From NCBI GenBank assembly GCA_024704765.1, contig JAKMXF010000111.1:62001-126000 (forward strand): 64,000 nt of DNA. Reading direction: 5' to 3'. Under the pieces are notes generated by a model, which saw only the letters and a list, made by a program, of their open reading frames with translations, was not told the DNA's origin and made no database searches. The position numbers and the translations under genes are program-made. Source of the stretch: Oopsacas minuta. Lineage: Eukaryota; Animalia; Porifera. Below, one piece after another: positions 26,019-64,000 of this stretch (position 1 is the stretch's first letter; the number at the start of each line of letters is the position of its first letter).

Positions 26019-28918
26019 CTCGGTAGGAACTATTGTATTGATTGATAGATTGATTTATGATAATTGTAATTCTTGAATTATAATAAATGGAAAAGGTGAG
26101 TTTTCATTCCAAACATTATTCAGTTTTTTCTCGGGATTATTCTAGACCCTAGGACAGCGGTTTCAACCTGGGGTCAATGGACCTTTTGGTGGTCGACAGA
26201 CGACAGCAGGGATCCACATAATTTGTTAAAATTGGTATAGGGGGTCCAGGGTGAAAATGTCTAGGGCGAATGTCGACTCAGTGACTACCAAAACTTTTTC
26301 CTAGAAATTTATTTTATATAAAATGCCAACCTCATCTCACTCCATAATTAGTATCATAATCATTTGGCATATATACGTAATTAACCGCCTGTTTATCAGA
26401 TATTTTAGCGATATCATCGTGAGTTTCGGTTTTCTTGTCTATTAATAGTAAATTATAACACTTGTTTCTGACGTATGTCTACTCCACATTACACGAAAGT
26501 ACACGATGCAAATGTGTTGCATACAATATTCTGATAACCACGTGCACTTGAATGGACAATTTAAAATACAGATATATACGATGAATACAACAAATTTGCA
26601 TGAGCTTAACACATTCCATTCGTCATCCTTTGTATTTAATATGAGGAAAACATTTGCACCAGAACCAACAAATTCCAATACACCAAAGCAGCAACCAAAG
26701 CTATTAGTTGTAATTTCACGAATTAATACAGTTTATTCCTGACCCTCGGCCTCGGTTCCCAATCTATTTCTCCCATGGACGCTATATAAAATTGAGATCC
26801 TGTGAATCCCCGCTATAGTCAGTGGACAACCAAGAGGCCAATAGAAACCAGTTTGGGAACCCCTGTCCTAGACAATAAAGTACCCCTATATAATTAGAAA
26901 TAGAAAATACAGAGTCAGAAATTGTGTTCAATATGTTCTCATAATTTTGATCTTGTGTGTATACATCAATTCCATAAAAATCGTAGCGTAATGAAGTCAA
27001 ATGCTACTCAAAATCTGCTCTACATTATCTGTCAAAACTCGTGCTTCCAGTAAATGCTAACATTATAATCATGTGTTCAGTCTAGACCACATTTACATAA
27101 TAGAGCATTTATACATGAATTGTGAATCCCGTAAAGAATTCAATTGATATACCTTTTAATAATGCATTACGGGTCACGCAGAGCTTATGGAATTGAAAAA
27201 AGATCAGTCATGGCCGGCTAGGCTCGTATGATTATCATGACGTCATCGAGTTACTACGCTACAGTACAAAGTAGTATAAAAGCAATAGAAACTGTATTTT
27301 TTTGAATTTTTACGTGATTGACAGATTATTTTTGATATATTGAGGAGTATAACAGGTAAATATTTATCAAATTACTTATGGGTCATTCAAACATTACGTC
27401 ACGCTAATAATAAGCAAAAAATATCGATAAAACTTGTGGATTTTCGCAATATTTCTTCATAATTTCTCCTGTAAATTTTCAATGACTCTTTGCATTTTCG
27501 GAGATTCCAATTTACTTCAAGAATGTTCTGTATTTCAATATGAGTTATGGGATTGGTGTATTAGTTTCTAAGCCATCCTCCAAGGCGGACGTAATATCAA
27601 TTACAAAATATCTCTTACATTAAAATGACCTGACTTTGTTTCCCAGTTGTTTACTGTTCCAGCAAATTTGAGCAAGTAAGACCTTCTATCAAATTTCAAT
27701 TATTAGCTTCATACATTATCGATTTCAAATCAACATACGTACGTAAGTTGTTTGCAGTATAATTACTTACAGTCTTGGATCATTATTTTGGACCAATCAC
27801 CCTCTAAACAACCGTTCCCAACACCGACCCCTTAGGAGTCCACAGGATCTCAATATTTGTATTGTAATTCGTGGGAGGGTCCACAGAATGTGTTAAAATT
27901 GGTAGAAGGGGTCCATGAGTGAAAAAGGTTGGAAGTCGCTGTTCTAAAAGTTAGCGGATTGCGGAGTGATTCGATCGAATTTTTAATTGTAGGAAGCGTC
28001 ATATTTTCGCATAATCCTATCCAAATCCATTCCAAGATTACCATCTCATCTCTAACGAATTGCGATATTCGTTGTTGCTTGTTCATGGTGATTGCATTAC
28101 ACAATAGTTATTTGCCTCGAAACCTAATTACTTCCTTCACAACGGTTGAGTAGTAAAAGAATGTGTAGATTATAAGTATAGGGAGTAATATCGTTCGTAG
28201 TCTATGGTTTATAATGCATTATTATGCACTGAATTATAATGGAAGAGAATTAGAATTGGAATCTCTATAAATAGATGGAGAGCTAATTTTCCATAATATT
28301 ATGTGGAAAACGTATTGCGCTCCGTTTTAATACAATCAACTCCTGTTACATCGAAATCTAAAATTGTACGAATATTGTCCCCCAAACTGTCGAAGTGACA
28401 TATATCCCATCGCTTTTATGAAGTAGTTATCTCGCTAACTTGAGCTTCGATACACAGTCAAACCCGGGACCGTCATAATTACTTCGACATACCAATGAAA
28501 TCTGTGTCACTTTGACGGTTTGTGACAATATTTATACAATTCAGACTTCTATATATGCGGGTATTTCAATATGATGGGAGTTGACTGTCTTATAAATAAT
28601 TCGAACAATTCTATCAAATTTGGGATTACACCTTATGCGAAAAGTTATGCATGTTCCTCAAAAGGATTTTGCTGCGACATCTACGTATGTAATCATAGAA
28701 ATCATTTATTAGAGTTCTACGCGGTTTATTTTTAACTATTTATAGTCCCGCTCATTTACAATTTTACGACTTTTCTATATGAACTTAGACTGCAAGCTAA
28801 AACCGAATACACTTCCCTCATTATAAAACACCAAAAGTTTGATTACAATTTTAATGAACGTTCGTCTTCAAGCAACAAAAAAGCCTCAATTCAAAGCTTC
28901 CAAGGCAGTCAAACTTCA

Positions 28919-31900
28919 ATGTCAATTCAACCAACAAATAACTCACAAGAAAATATTATTGTCGAAATCGAAACTTTGAAATCAATTTATCCAACTTTTG
29001 AGGAAATTACCGAAGAAAACGAATTGAAATGTGTAAAATTACAGATTAGACTTTTCCCCAGACAAACACAAACTTCATTTATCGCGAAATCTGACGATGT
29101 AAATGCCTTGACAGTCTTCGAAATTCCACGCGACTTCCCTATACACCCGGTCAAAGTATACTTTGAAGAATTCGCTAAATTACCCTGGGAGAAAACCGAG
29201 ACTCTGCGAAAGAAAATCGTGGAATTTTCTACTCGAAAAATACAGGAATCAACCGTAATATCAGTATCTGTTTATGTATTACAAATCGCGACGGAAATCG
29301 AGGAAGGCTTGTACCATGCGAAACATAGCAAACTCAATATTTGGACTGAAAACCGTTTTGAGAAAAACACAAACGGAAAATTGGAATTTATCAACGGAAT
29401 TGATCAAGCATCACGAAATGATACCCCGAAACCTGTCGATTCGCGGTTATTATCACGTACCCACGAGATTGTACAGGTGAAAATGAAACAGCAAGGATGG
29501 TCACGATATCTAGCACGTACTGAACAGGGGGATCTCCGCATAATTGACAATTTCATTATTGATTTGGAGAATAATCTAGAACAACAAAAAGGTAAACATT
29601 TATGTTTTCATAAGTATAAGTAAAGATAATTAACCGTATTTATACGAAATTTGCTAGGTTTCACTTGATTTGAAGCAATTCTTTTAATGGATAATAATTC
29701 TAATGAAAGTTTAGAGATTCCTAATACGCATTCTGGTTTATATCTAACGAATTATTTACAAACTTTACGCATTTTGAAAAGATGCTGTATTAGATGCTTA
29801 ATCATACGCAAAACGGGCTAATATCGATGCAGTTTCTGGATTTGAAATTCGGTGGGACCCGTAGACCCATAAAACAGTAATTTCAATTTTGGTTTATTTG
29901 TTAAAATCAGTTGGAAATTGTCATAAACCGTCCCAGGGGTGTATTGGATCAAGTGCGGTGTGCTAAGCGGCTGAACGAATAAATATTCGAAAATTCACAC
30001 AACTATTCCAAATCTATAAATTTAACTCATTCATTCTTATAGGCAAAATCCACCAACCTTTTGACCCTGAGATATTTCGACAACCACTCCAACGATTGAA
30101 AGAAAACCAATTTCGCGTTCTCAAGAACCTCTCACACGAAAACATATGTAGCTACACTGATTTCCAGTTTCAATGTACTTCCACACAATTACGTATAGAA
30201 TGGATTAGAGTTTACAATGAAGCCATTTACCTTTGTGATCTAGTTGGTAGAAGTGACGAGTATCAGCTGTTGAACTTGAATCTGCTTCCATTCCAATTGC
30301 ACAAGATCGTAACTGGGTTACATGAACTACATGAGTGTGAATTATACCATGGTAACCTTTCGCTATCTACGTTATGTCTTGATCAAAGTGGAGGAATAAT
30401 TCTATTGGATTATTTCTTACCATCTGCAGTTTTTCACGAGTTAACTAACGCAGGACTATCTACATTCGATTCTTACCCATTCGCGAAAAACACACAAACA
30501 AAATACGAGGATTTAAACGTGTTAGGTTGCTTGACAGCTAAAATATTCCAAAACAAACATGAACTCTCAAAAGATTTTGATGAAAACTCAACTATAGAAA
30601 ACTGTCCATTACCATTAGTTCGTTTCATCCGTAAATGTCTACAAGCACGTGGCGAATACGTTAACACATGCGGGATATTGAAGCTATTTTTCCAAGCTCG
30701 TAATACTCCAACTTGTTTATACGATATGCATGGTAATACGTCTAGTCCTAGAGCTTATACTAATGGATACGGTGATTCTGCTTCATCTGGACAATGTGAT
30801 GGGAGATCTAGGTTTTCTAGTGATGTCTATTCTGGGCTATCAAGGCTAGTAGGTGAGTATATACGTAGATACTATTATTGTAATAATAATAATAATACAG
30901 TGGATACCAGATATAAACGCGGTTTTCATAATTCCTGTGTATTTATGCAGGTTATAAGAACATGTTTGAAAGGCATTGAACGAGGATTGAGAATCCGTTA
31001 TTCGTATGTATTTACTAGAATATTTTCCAGGTGATTTCAAGGATCTCGGAGAAATAGGGAAGGGAGGATACGGTAGAGTTATAAAAGCTCTCCACAAGAT
31101 AGACCAGAGAATATATGCTATTAAAGTTATCAAACTTCCTCCAAACAGTGAGCATAATAATCTACGTCAAGCTTGTAAGCGAGAAGTCAAGATGCTGTCA
31201 CAATTAGATCATGAAAATGTCGTCAGGTAACGCTGTCCTGAACTTTATCTTAATTTGTAAGAACTTTGAAGTTTGGAAATTTATTGTTAGAAAGGAGAAT
31301 AATTTGATGTGAGTTTTGTCCAATTGCATTATGCGTTTCATCTGAAAAGTGTACCTCCTCCACAAACCAGGTCGACGAAAAATGCTATCCCGTTTCCTCG
31401 TTTGTTGTTAGTCATTTGTATATTGTATAGCTAAGAATTCCCTCTATTTATTTTCACTCTGTTTCCAAAAGTTTTACTATCATCATTCCCATAGATACTA
31501 TCAAGCTTGGTTTGACGTTGATTCATCTTATGACGAAACAGAGAGCGAATCAGAGAGTGAATCAGGTTCTAATGAATCTAACAGATCGTCTGAACTCTTC
31601 ACTTCTCGCGATTTCTCACAGCGACATAGAAATCGTAGATTAACCCCAATAACAACACGTAATGATAACAATACAGCATCTAGTGATGTAGTTAGTTTCA
31701 GAGATGGAGTTAGTAGTGAGCATTCTAATACTTTACCAGTCATCAATTCTAAATCTCTTATCTTGAGTAAGTTCGATTTAGTAATAATTATTTATCATAT
31801 GATGTGTCCACTAAGTTCATGCCACAGACCCGAAGGCTATAGTTCATGTATAGATCTTGGCTTTGGTATGAAAATTTGAATTATTGAGAAGAACATGAAA

Positions 31901-34900
31901 TGAACCATGGATTGGCATTGACTTTTAAGTTTCGTATCAAATTTCTACTTACGATATATCAAGTACTTGGTATGGACCATGAACTTTGGCATGTACGTAC
32001 TTTTGACTTTCAGCAAGAACTAGGCACAATAATGGCGTGCATTTTGGAAATCACAAAATATTTAGTTTTGGCATGAAGATGGCTTGAAAATGGAATATAC
32101 ATGGCCTTACTAATGTATCCAGTATTTATCTGTTATAATATTATAGCTAGACGTGGCAGTAGTCTAGCATCAAGATGTCTAGTAGATGTAAGTATAGAAG
32201 AGAGTGTAGTAGAAGAGAAGAGAGATAGGAGTTCATCTCACAGTGAGCCTACTGAGAGCTCTGAAGATGAACAGTACTATAGTAATCCTGTTAACAACAT
32301 ATTGTGTCTTCAGGTATGAGTATGTTATATAGGATATAAGTACAGTGGAAACTCGTTAATAGTATAGCTCTTGAAATATATGTACTCTGACGGTTAGGGA
32401 CCATATTTATACAATTCGATATATCCGTGTTAGATATGACAGCAGTTTACTGTATTTCTTTTAGATGGAATATTGTGAGAGCGACACGATAGAACAACTA
32501 ATCTCAGAAAACCTCTACCAAAAGGAAGAAGAAGTTTTGAGACTATTCAGAGAAATGATGGAAGGTCTAAACTACATTCACAATAAGAATCTCATACACA
32601 GAGACTTGAAGCCAGCGAATATTTTCGTAGATTCAGAGAAACATGTGAAAATCGGTGATTTCGGTCTTGCTATGAGTGTTGGTGTTGAGTCTAATGGTAT
32701 TAACTGTGTAGCAGGGACAATGCATTATCTTGCACCAGAATTGCTCAAAGGTGAGTTTGCTATCTTCCATAAATAGGAGGTCTAGGAATTCGCTCAATTT
32801 ATTTTTCACTCCGTTTCCACAGCCCCGTTTTGAGATTTTTGGAGGTTACACTCTGTATAATTGTATACAGTATTGGACCATGGATTCTAGTGTATTTGCC
32901 ATATGAAAGTATAGTGCGGAGTATTTGTATTATTTCTAATCTCTAATTGATTCTCCTGAGAAATTGCCAAATTTTGCGTAAACACAAATGAGCAGGAGTG
33001 ACCAGTTTTCATTTGACCTCTGAACTCACAGGGTGGATTCAATTATGTTGAATTCTAAAATTTCCATTTTAACGCTCAAAAATAGCGATACGGAAATTGT
33101 ATTTTTCGCAGTTATTTCTCCATTTATACTACAATTTCTAGGTAAGGTAAAATACACCCAGAAGGTAGATATATACAGTATTGGCTTAATATTCTTTGAA
33201 ATGAATTGTCCACCTTTCGGTACGATATCCGAGAAAATCAACGTATTTTCACAATTAAAAGAAAAGATATACCCCAAAGATTTTCAATACAGTATAACAG
33301 ATCTCCCGTGTCAGATAATAACGCAAATGTTGTCACGTGATCCAAACAAACGTCCGGCTGCGAAAGAAATAATCATGAAGTTGCCCCCGAAACTTGCCGA
33401 CGCTTCGTTCCAAGAGGCCTTGAGGAAAGTTCTAGAAAAACCTGATTCAACACGTTTCCGTAATGTCTTAAATACAATTTTCACTCAAAAATCGCTAGTC
33501 GAGTCCAAAATGAATATTCCCTCAAATATGGAGGCTGCACAAACAATGTACGATTCGTTCGTCTCAAAACATTCAATTTTCGATCGAATTTACGAATTAA
33601 TGGCTAAACACGGTGCAATACAAATCGACCTACCGAATTTCTATAACCGTAGTCTGATACAGCGGCCAGTTTTTGAAGCAATACACATGCTGTCCGACCA
33701 AGGCAGCGTTCTTTCTATGCCCTTTGACCTCAGAGTGCCTTTCACCGCGTTCATCGCTAGAAACAACATTGAACACGATATGAAAACATTTTGCATTGGA
33801 AAAATATATCGACAGAATAATTTTGATGCAACTACAGTCAACAGTGTAATGTCAACGAATACGAATTTCTCGCTAGCTCCACAAGGACCTGAAGAACGCT
33901 TTGAAATGATTTGTGACATTATTTCACCACCCACTTATAATTGTCTCGTTGAAGCTGAAATACTATTAGTAACCATGGATATTCTTCTAACTTTTGAGGC
34001 TTTCAATAACGATTCATTTTGTATTTATTTGAGTCATTCTAAGCTGCTAGACGCTCTACTCGAGCAGTATGAAATGAACGAATCAGAACGGCGGAATATT
34101 TTACAGATTTTATTGAAACACGGGCCATCTTCGTCGCCGATTACAAAACGAAAAAATTCAGCCAAAGGTTTCACAAAACTCAAAGATTTATGCCAGGCTT
34201 ACACACATGGTAGTGGTTTATGCCGTAGTTTGGTGCGAAATTATGAAATGTCAACTTTCGAGCAAGAATTTTTGAAGGAAAATCCAAACTTAAAAGATAA
34301 TCTGAATTTCCAAACTGCACTAAAAGATATCAAACTGCTTCTCAAACACTTGAAAGGTATTCCAAACCAATTTTCTCTCTCGATTTCACCTGGAGTCATA
34401 AACTATTTGAACACGGAAGGCCTTCTTTTCCAAGTTTCCCTCACTTCCAATTCTGAAAGTACAAATTCAAGTTATCCTTGTAATGATGATATTCTCCTCG
34501 CGACTGGAATGATGCATCAGAATTTAATCGCGAAATTTCGCAACTCGAAACAGTACCCAAAGCACGCTTTTGGTGTACGTATTGATCTTCAAGAGTGTAT
34601 TGATCGCGAAAAGAATATAGTTTCGCAGACAAATTTCGATTGCGTAGTTGTCCCATTCGATTCCGATTCAAATACAATTTCTGATTCTTTCTCGATCGTT
34701 AAAGATCTTTGGAAAAGGCAAAAGCTTCGATGTGAAGTGTTGAAATACGCAGAATATGAAAATAAATCCGATCGTTTCTGGGAAAAAGATAGAATACCTT
34801 TGATAATTTGTGTTGAAAACCGACGAGGATCGAAGAAAAGTCGCTTAAAATTGAAAATGTTTGATTTGAAAGAAAGCAAATTTATTGAATACGAAGTTTT

Positions 34901-35327
34901 ACAGGAAAATATCTGCGATGAAGTAACGAAATTTTTCGAAAAACACGAAAAGTCGCGACTCAATCTTCCTCAAAACAGAATTCAATTTCAAGTAATTTCG
35001 AATAAAAGAAGCGTAATTGGCTTGGAAGAACAGACAGTCGAAAAGTTGAAAACAGTCACACAAAAGTTCGAAAATTTCGACACAATCCATATAATCGCGA
35101 CAGATTTGGACACGAAAGCTTTGCTTGGATTTATCTACGATTTACACATGAAAACGGAATCCGCGAAATTAACATGTTTGGGTAATGACAATCGCCAAAA
35201 TCGAATCATCAATGAAATGAAGAAGTTTATCGACAATATTTCAAAGAATCAAACAACCACAAAACGGTTACTAATCCTCTACAGTTTGACCGATGAAAAA
35301 CACCACATAATCGACTGTCTCAATTAA
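28919..35327 (+). CDS. EIF2AK4: eIF2-alpha kinase GCN2 (RWD, pseudokinase, kinase with insert, HisRS-like, C-terminal domain)
   Basis: RWD (EIETLKSIY...FPIHP), pseudokinase region 30043-30850, GKGGYGRV/YAIK near 31055-31130, acidic/Ser insert exons, QMEYC, HRDLKPANIF, KIGDFGLA, KVDIYSIG, HisRS-like PFDLRVPF...CIGKIYR. Last exon runs 33141-35327. Confidence 0.93.
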
Positions 35328-36196
35328 ATATTCATAATTTCACACCTACCCCCTTCACTGATATAAAAAACAGAAACTATAAAAATCCTCACAAAATATA
35401 AAAATACGAAAAAAGGCAGCTACAATAAACATTGTCACTTTGTGCAAAATACGGTATTTTTTTATAATAGAATTAATACTACAGCTACAATAAAATACGA
35501 AAAATCTTTCAAAAGCTTTCTATTCTCCCTTCCCTCTTCCCCCTTCATAAACCTCCTTTTGATCAATATTCACTCCCTGCCGTATTTTTATTTTTCTCAC
35601 TTTAACTATTATTCTGTTGTTAAGCGTTTATTATAATTCCGGCAGTCTGTATTCATTATTTGATCCAATAATCTGTTTAATAATTGGATTTGTATTGTAC
35701 ATGTTTTGACTATTGTTTAATGGTAACTTGTCGAATGATCAATTAAAATCAATATATTTGCAATAAAAAGGTTAGAGGTTTGGGTATTCTATTTATCCAT
35801 AGTATATCTCCAACAACTTTAGGAGTATCTCTGTGGAACAAAATGCGAAAATTGATAGTGTATACGGCGCAAAAACGTTGGGCAAGTTGGATTTAGTGGT
35901 GAATTGAACTATCCTAATTTCCCCGAAATTTTTAGTCGAGAAATATCAAAAAGTAGTAAATTACGTTTTCACGGTGTTTAGGAAAGAGCCAATAGGTGAA
36001 TTCTTCATTATAAAATGTACAAATTTCGATGTTAATTGTACTGCTAGATTTCGAATGTACGGACCTTGCACATCGTCCATGCCCCGCTAGACCTCATTAC
36101 AACAGATAAAATATCTCATCAAACGTACAAGATATAATTGCAAGACAAACTACAATAAGAAACCTGAATAAACAATAATATAAGAGAAACACCAAA

Positions 36197-37871
36197 TTAT
36201 AAATCAATAGGTTTACTGGAAACATGATCAATTGAGAAGGTGCTGATTTTCTTAAGGAATTTAGTGATTTCTCTTTTCCCAATATTTCTGATAACTTTCG
36301 CAGGTGCCCAACCACCTGGATGTACTTCAGCTGTGTAGGTTAGTCTACAGTTTATATCTGTTCGTTTTAGATCGTCGAGGTTGTTGACGGGAAAATCTAA
36401 TACAATTTAATAAAGAAGTTTCGTATCATTATTTCCTAGGAAACTGAGAGCGGGGGAAATTCGCCAAATTCTGAATATTTTGAAATTTGTAAACTATTCA
36501 GGTTTACGATTCATACCTTGCGTATATTTTGGTGTTCGCCTATTAGCAGTATTTTCACCGGTAGTCCGCCTATACCAAATTCTAACACATCCTGTGGACC
36601 ACCGAGAGGTCCATGAGCACAGAATAGGAACCGCTAGAATAATGTCTCTAATAGCAAGTTTGCTTATTAACAAGGAAATCCGATTATTTGACATGACCTT
36701 ATATATTATGGAAAATTCTATAATCTACTCACCTGTGAATGTCTGACAAGCCAAACTAATATTTATCTTAACTCTAACTAGTTTAGGTTCGATCCTTGCT
36801 TTAGGATGCTCAACTGAGAAATTCATAACAAAATACGTTCCTCCAATCGAATTTTCTGTTTGAGGTACATCAGTTAAAACACACATATTCGAGCAGAAAA
36901 TAGTTTCTCGTTGCTGTGAGGGCCAAATACGTTTATGTAAATGTCTATATACACACGTGACGTCATCTAATGTTTCTATTTGTTCTACTGCTTCAAGTGT
37001 GCCCTCCCATTCCATTCGTGTGTCTGGATAGAAGAATATGTTTGCCATCTCCCTTGCTGTTATTCCTCGTACTGTGTGTGTAGCTTTTAACGGATCTAGC
37101 ACTATTCCTTCTCCATCTTCTATTTCTCTTCTGTATACCTGGATAAAAATAGAAATTATTTAATTTTGAATGCATTTCGTTACTTCATGGCTTTGACTTT
37201 TGACATATGGAATTGGGCATGAATTATGAACTTTTGACTTTGGCGTGAACTTTCAAGTTTGTGGCATGTTTAATAACGAATAAACTGTCAAAATTCGTTT
37301 ATCATAAAAGCTATCAATTTTCGAAAAATTTGGCCATTCCCTATTTCTTTAGAAATTCTAAATACTATTCTCACAAAAATACCTTCATTTCTCCATCTTC
37401 ATGCACAACAGACCAATTATCCTGATCAGTAACATTTTCATATGCATAAGTAGCGTATTGAGCGACTTTCTCTTTAACTCTGGAATGTAGATAATGTTGT
37501 CCAATGTAATGTGTGTCAAACGGTATACCTCGTATATCACCTTAGAAAGAATTACATCCAGTTAAATACAGTCAACTCCAGTTATATCGAAGTTCAAGAG
37601 ACCGTGATAATTAAGTTGATATAAATAGAGTTCGGTATAACCGACGTAATATGTTACTTTGACGATTTGGGAAAAAAATTGAGAAATACTTTGCTACTCA
37701 ACTCCGTAACTTCCTAAAGGCCTTGCATATTATTATGAGTATCATGAACTAGTTGTCAAGTTATCATAAACTATGAAATAAAAATTACAAAACGAACAAA
37801 CCTTTCAAAATAGTTTCTTTCGAATCTAATGCCTTCTCAGATTCATTTGCATCAAAAAACTTTTCATCCAT
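36197..37871 (-). CDS. CERT1: CERT/STARD11-like ceramide-transfer START protein with N-terminal FFAT motif and no PH domain (277 aa)
   Basis: Four phase-consistent exons 37871-37802, 37540-37383, 37138-36733 and 36396-36197 (834 nt). MDEKFFDANE (FFAT), NWSVVHEDGEMKVYRRE..GIVLDPLKATH, HKRIWPSQQR, YTAEVHPGGWAPAKVIR..KRE..KFLK match the CERT START domain. Confidence 0.85.
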
Positions 37872-38627
37872 TTTGAGACAACAAATTGTAATTATGAAAG
37901 TATTTGATTTGTTTAAGATTATCCTAATTTATACGCTGTAGATCTCGTGTCTTCCACTACTACTGTTCACTTATTGAATCATTCCACTTCAGTGACAACA
38001 TCCATTAATATTATTAGGCAATAGGATGATCTCAATGAATATTCATACGATTGACAATTCAGATTAAACGCTCTGTTAATAAAAGCAAGAGTCTATTAAT
38101 AAATCTACACGATTCCATGGTTATTTTTAGAGATATTTATTGCATTTTTTGTGGAATAGAATCCGAATAATATGATTTGTATGAATTCCCTAGAATTTAT
38201 TGTAAGGTAGTGGCTTCTCAAATATGATCATTCGACTAATCTTGGCTACAGAGATATTTACGTCATTTTTCGTATAGGTCATCCTGATTATTAGAAATCT
38301 GCTTTGTACGTTCCTAAAAGCGTGACGATAGTCTGAGAAACTTTGCAGTAGGCTCAGCTTAAGGATATTCCGGAGGCCAGGCCGTTTGACCCAAATAAAC
38401 TGCACTATTTAATACTATTTGCATGGGTTTTGTATCTGAACAAGTGATCCTATTAACCCGTGGCTCTATAAGCAAAGTACAGTCAAGATCGCTTATAGTG
38501 AACCCCCACGAGACCAAAAATGAAAGATGTCACAATAAACAAAACACTACATACGTCGTAATAACCTTATAATTAGATAAATAATACAATTAAGGGGGAA
38601 GTTCGAATAAATATTAACGATTATAAG

Positions 38628-64000
<25,373 letters not shown>

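Noticed and set aside
27420-27740. Minus-strand frame with protein-like composition broken by several stops
   Set aside because: No family recognised, so it cannot be supported as a pseudogene without a search.
33641-35090. Minus-strand ORFs within the GCN2 last exon, and similar + ORFs within DNAH7 exons
   Set aside because: Antisense shadows of long coding exons.

Overview
AT-rich eukaryotic DNA with short GT-AG introns from a compact-genome, ciliated/flagellated animal. A sponge-like origin is my inference from gene style and is not proven here. Protein genes in order: a Delta-like Notch ligand (-), a small secreted two-EF-hand protein (-), an intronless ARF/ARL GTPase (+), mitochondrial ribosomal protein L38 (+), ribonucleotide reductase large subunit RRM1 (+), NOP10 (+), GCN2/EIF2AK4 (+), a CERT-like FFAT+START protein with no PH domain (-), and the 3' ~25 kb of axonemal dynein DNAH7 (-), which runs off the window. 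Introns and intergenic DNA carry several MITE families (hAT-, Tc1/mariner- and piggyBac-like ends). The main discovery is two diverged U2 snRNA genes (46375-46560 and 58141-58325), both antisense inside DNAH7 introns. They keep the U6-pairing 5' end and stems IIa/IIb/IIc, III and IV with compensatory changes, and share a motif at the same upstream position (-56). Both replace the near-universal branch-point recognition sequence GUAGUA with an A-tract (GUGAAAAA(A)UAC), and both have a G-less Sm site. This points to a specialised or re-targeted U2 snRNP class. One of the same introns also holds a same-strand, intronless Maf-like bZIP that lacks the DNA-contacting basic motif.
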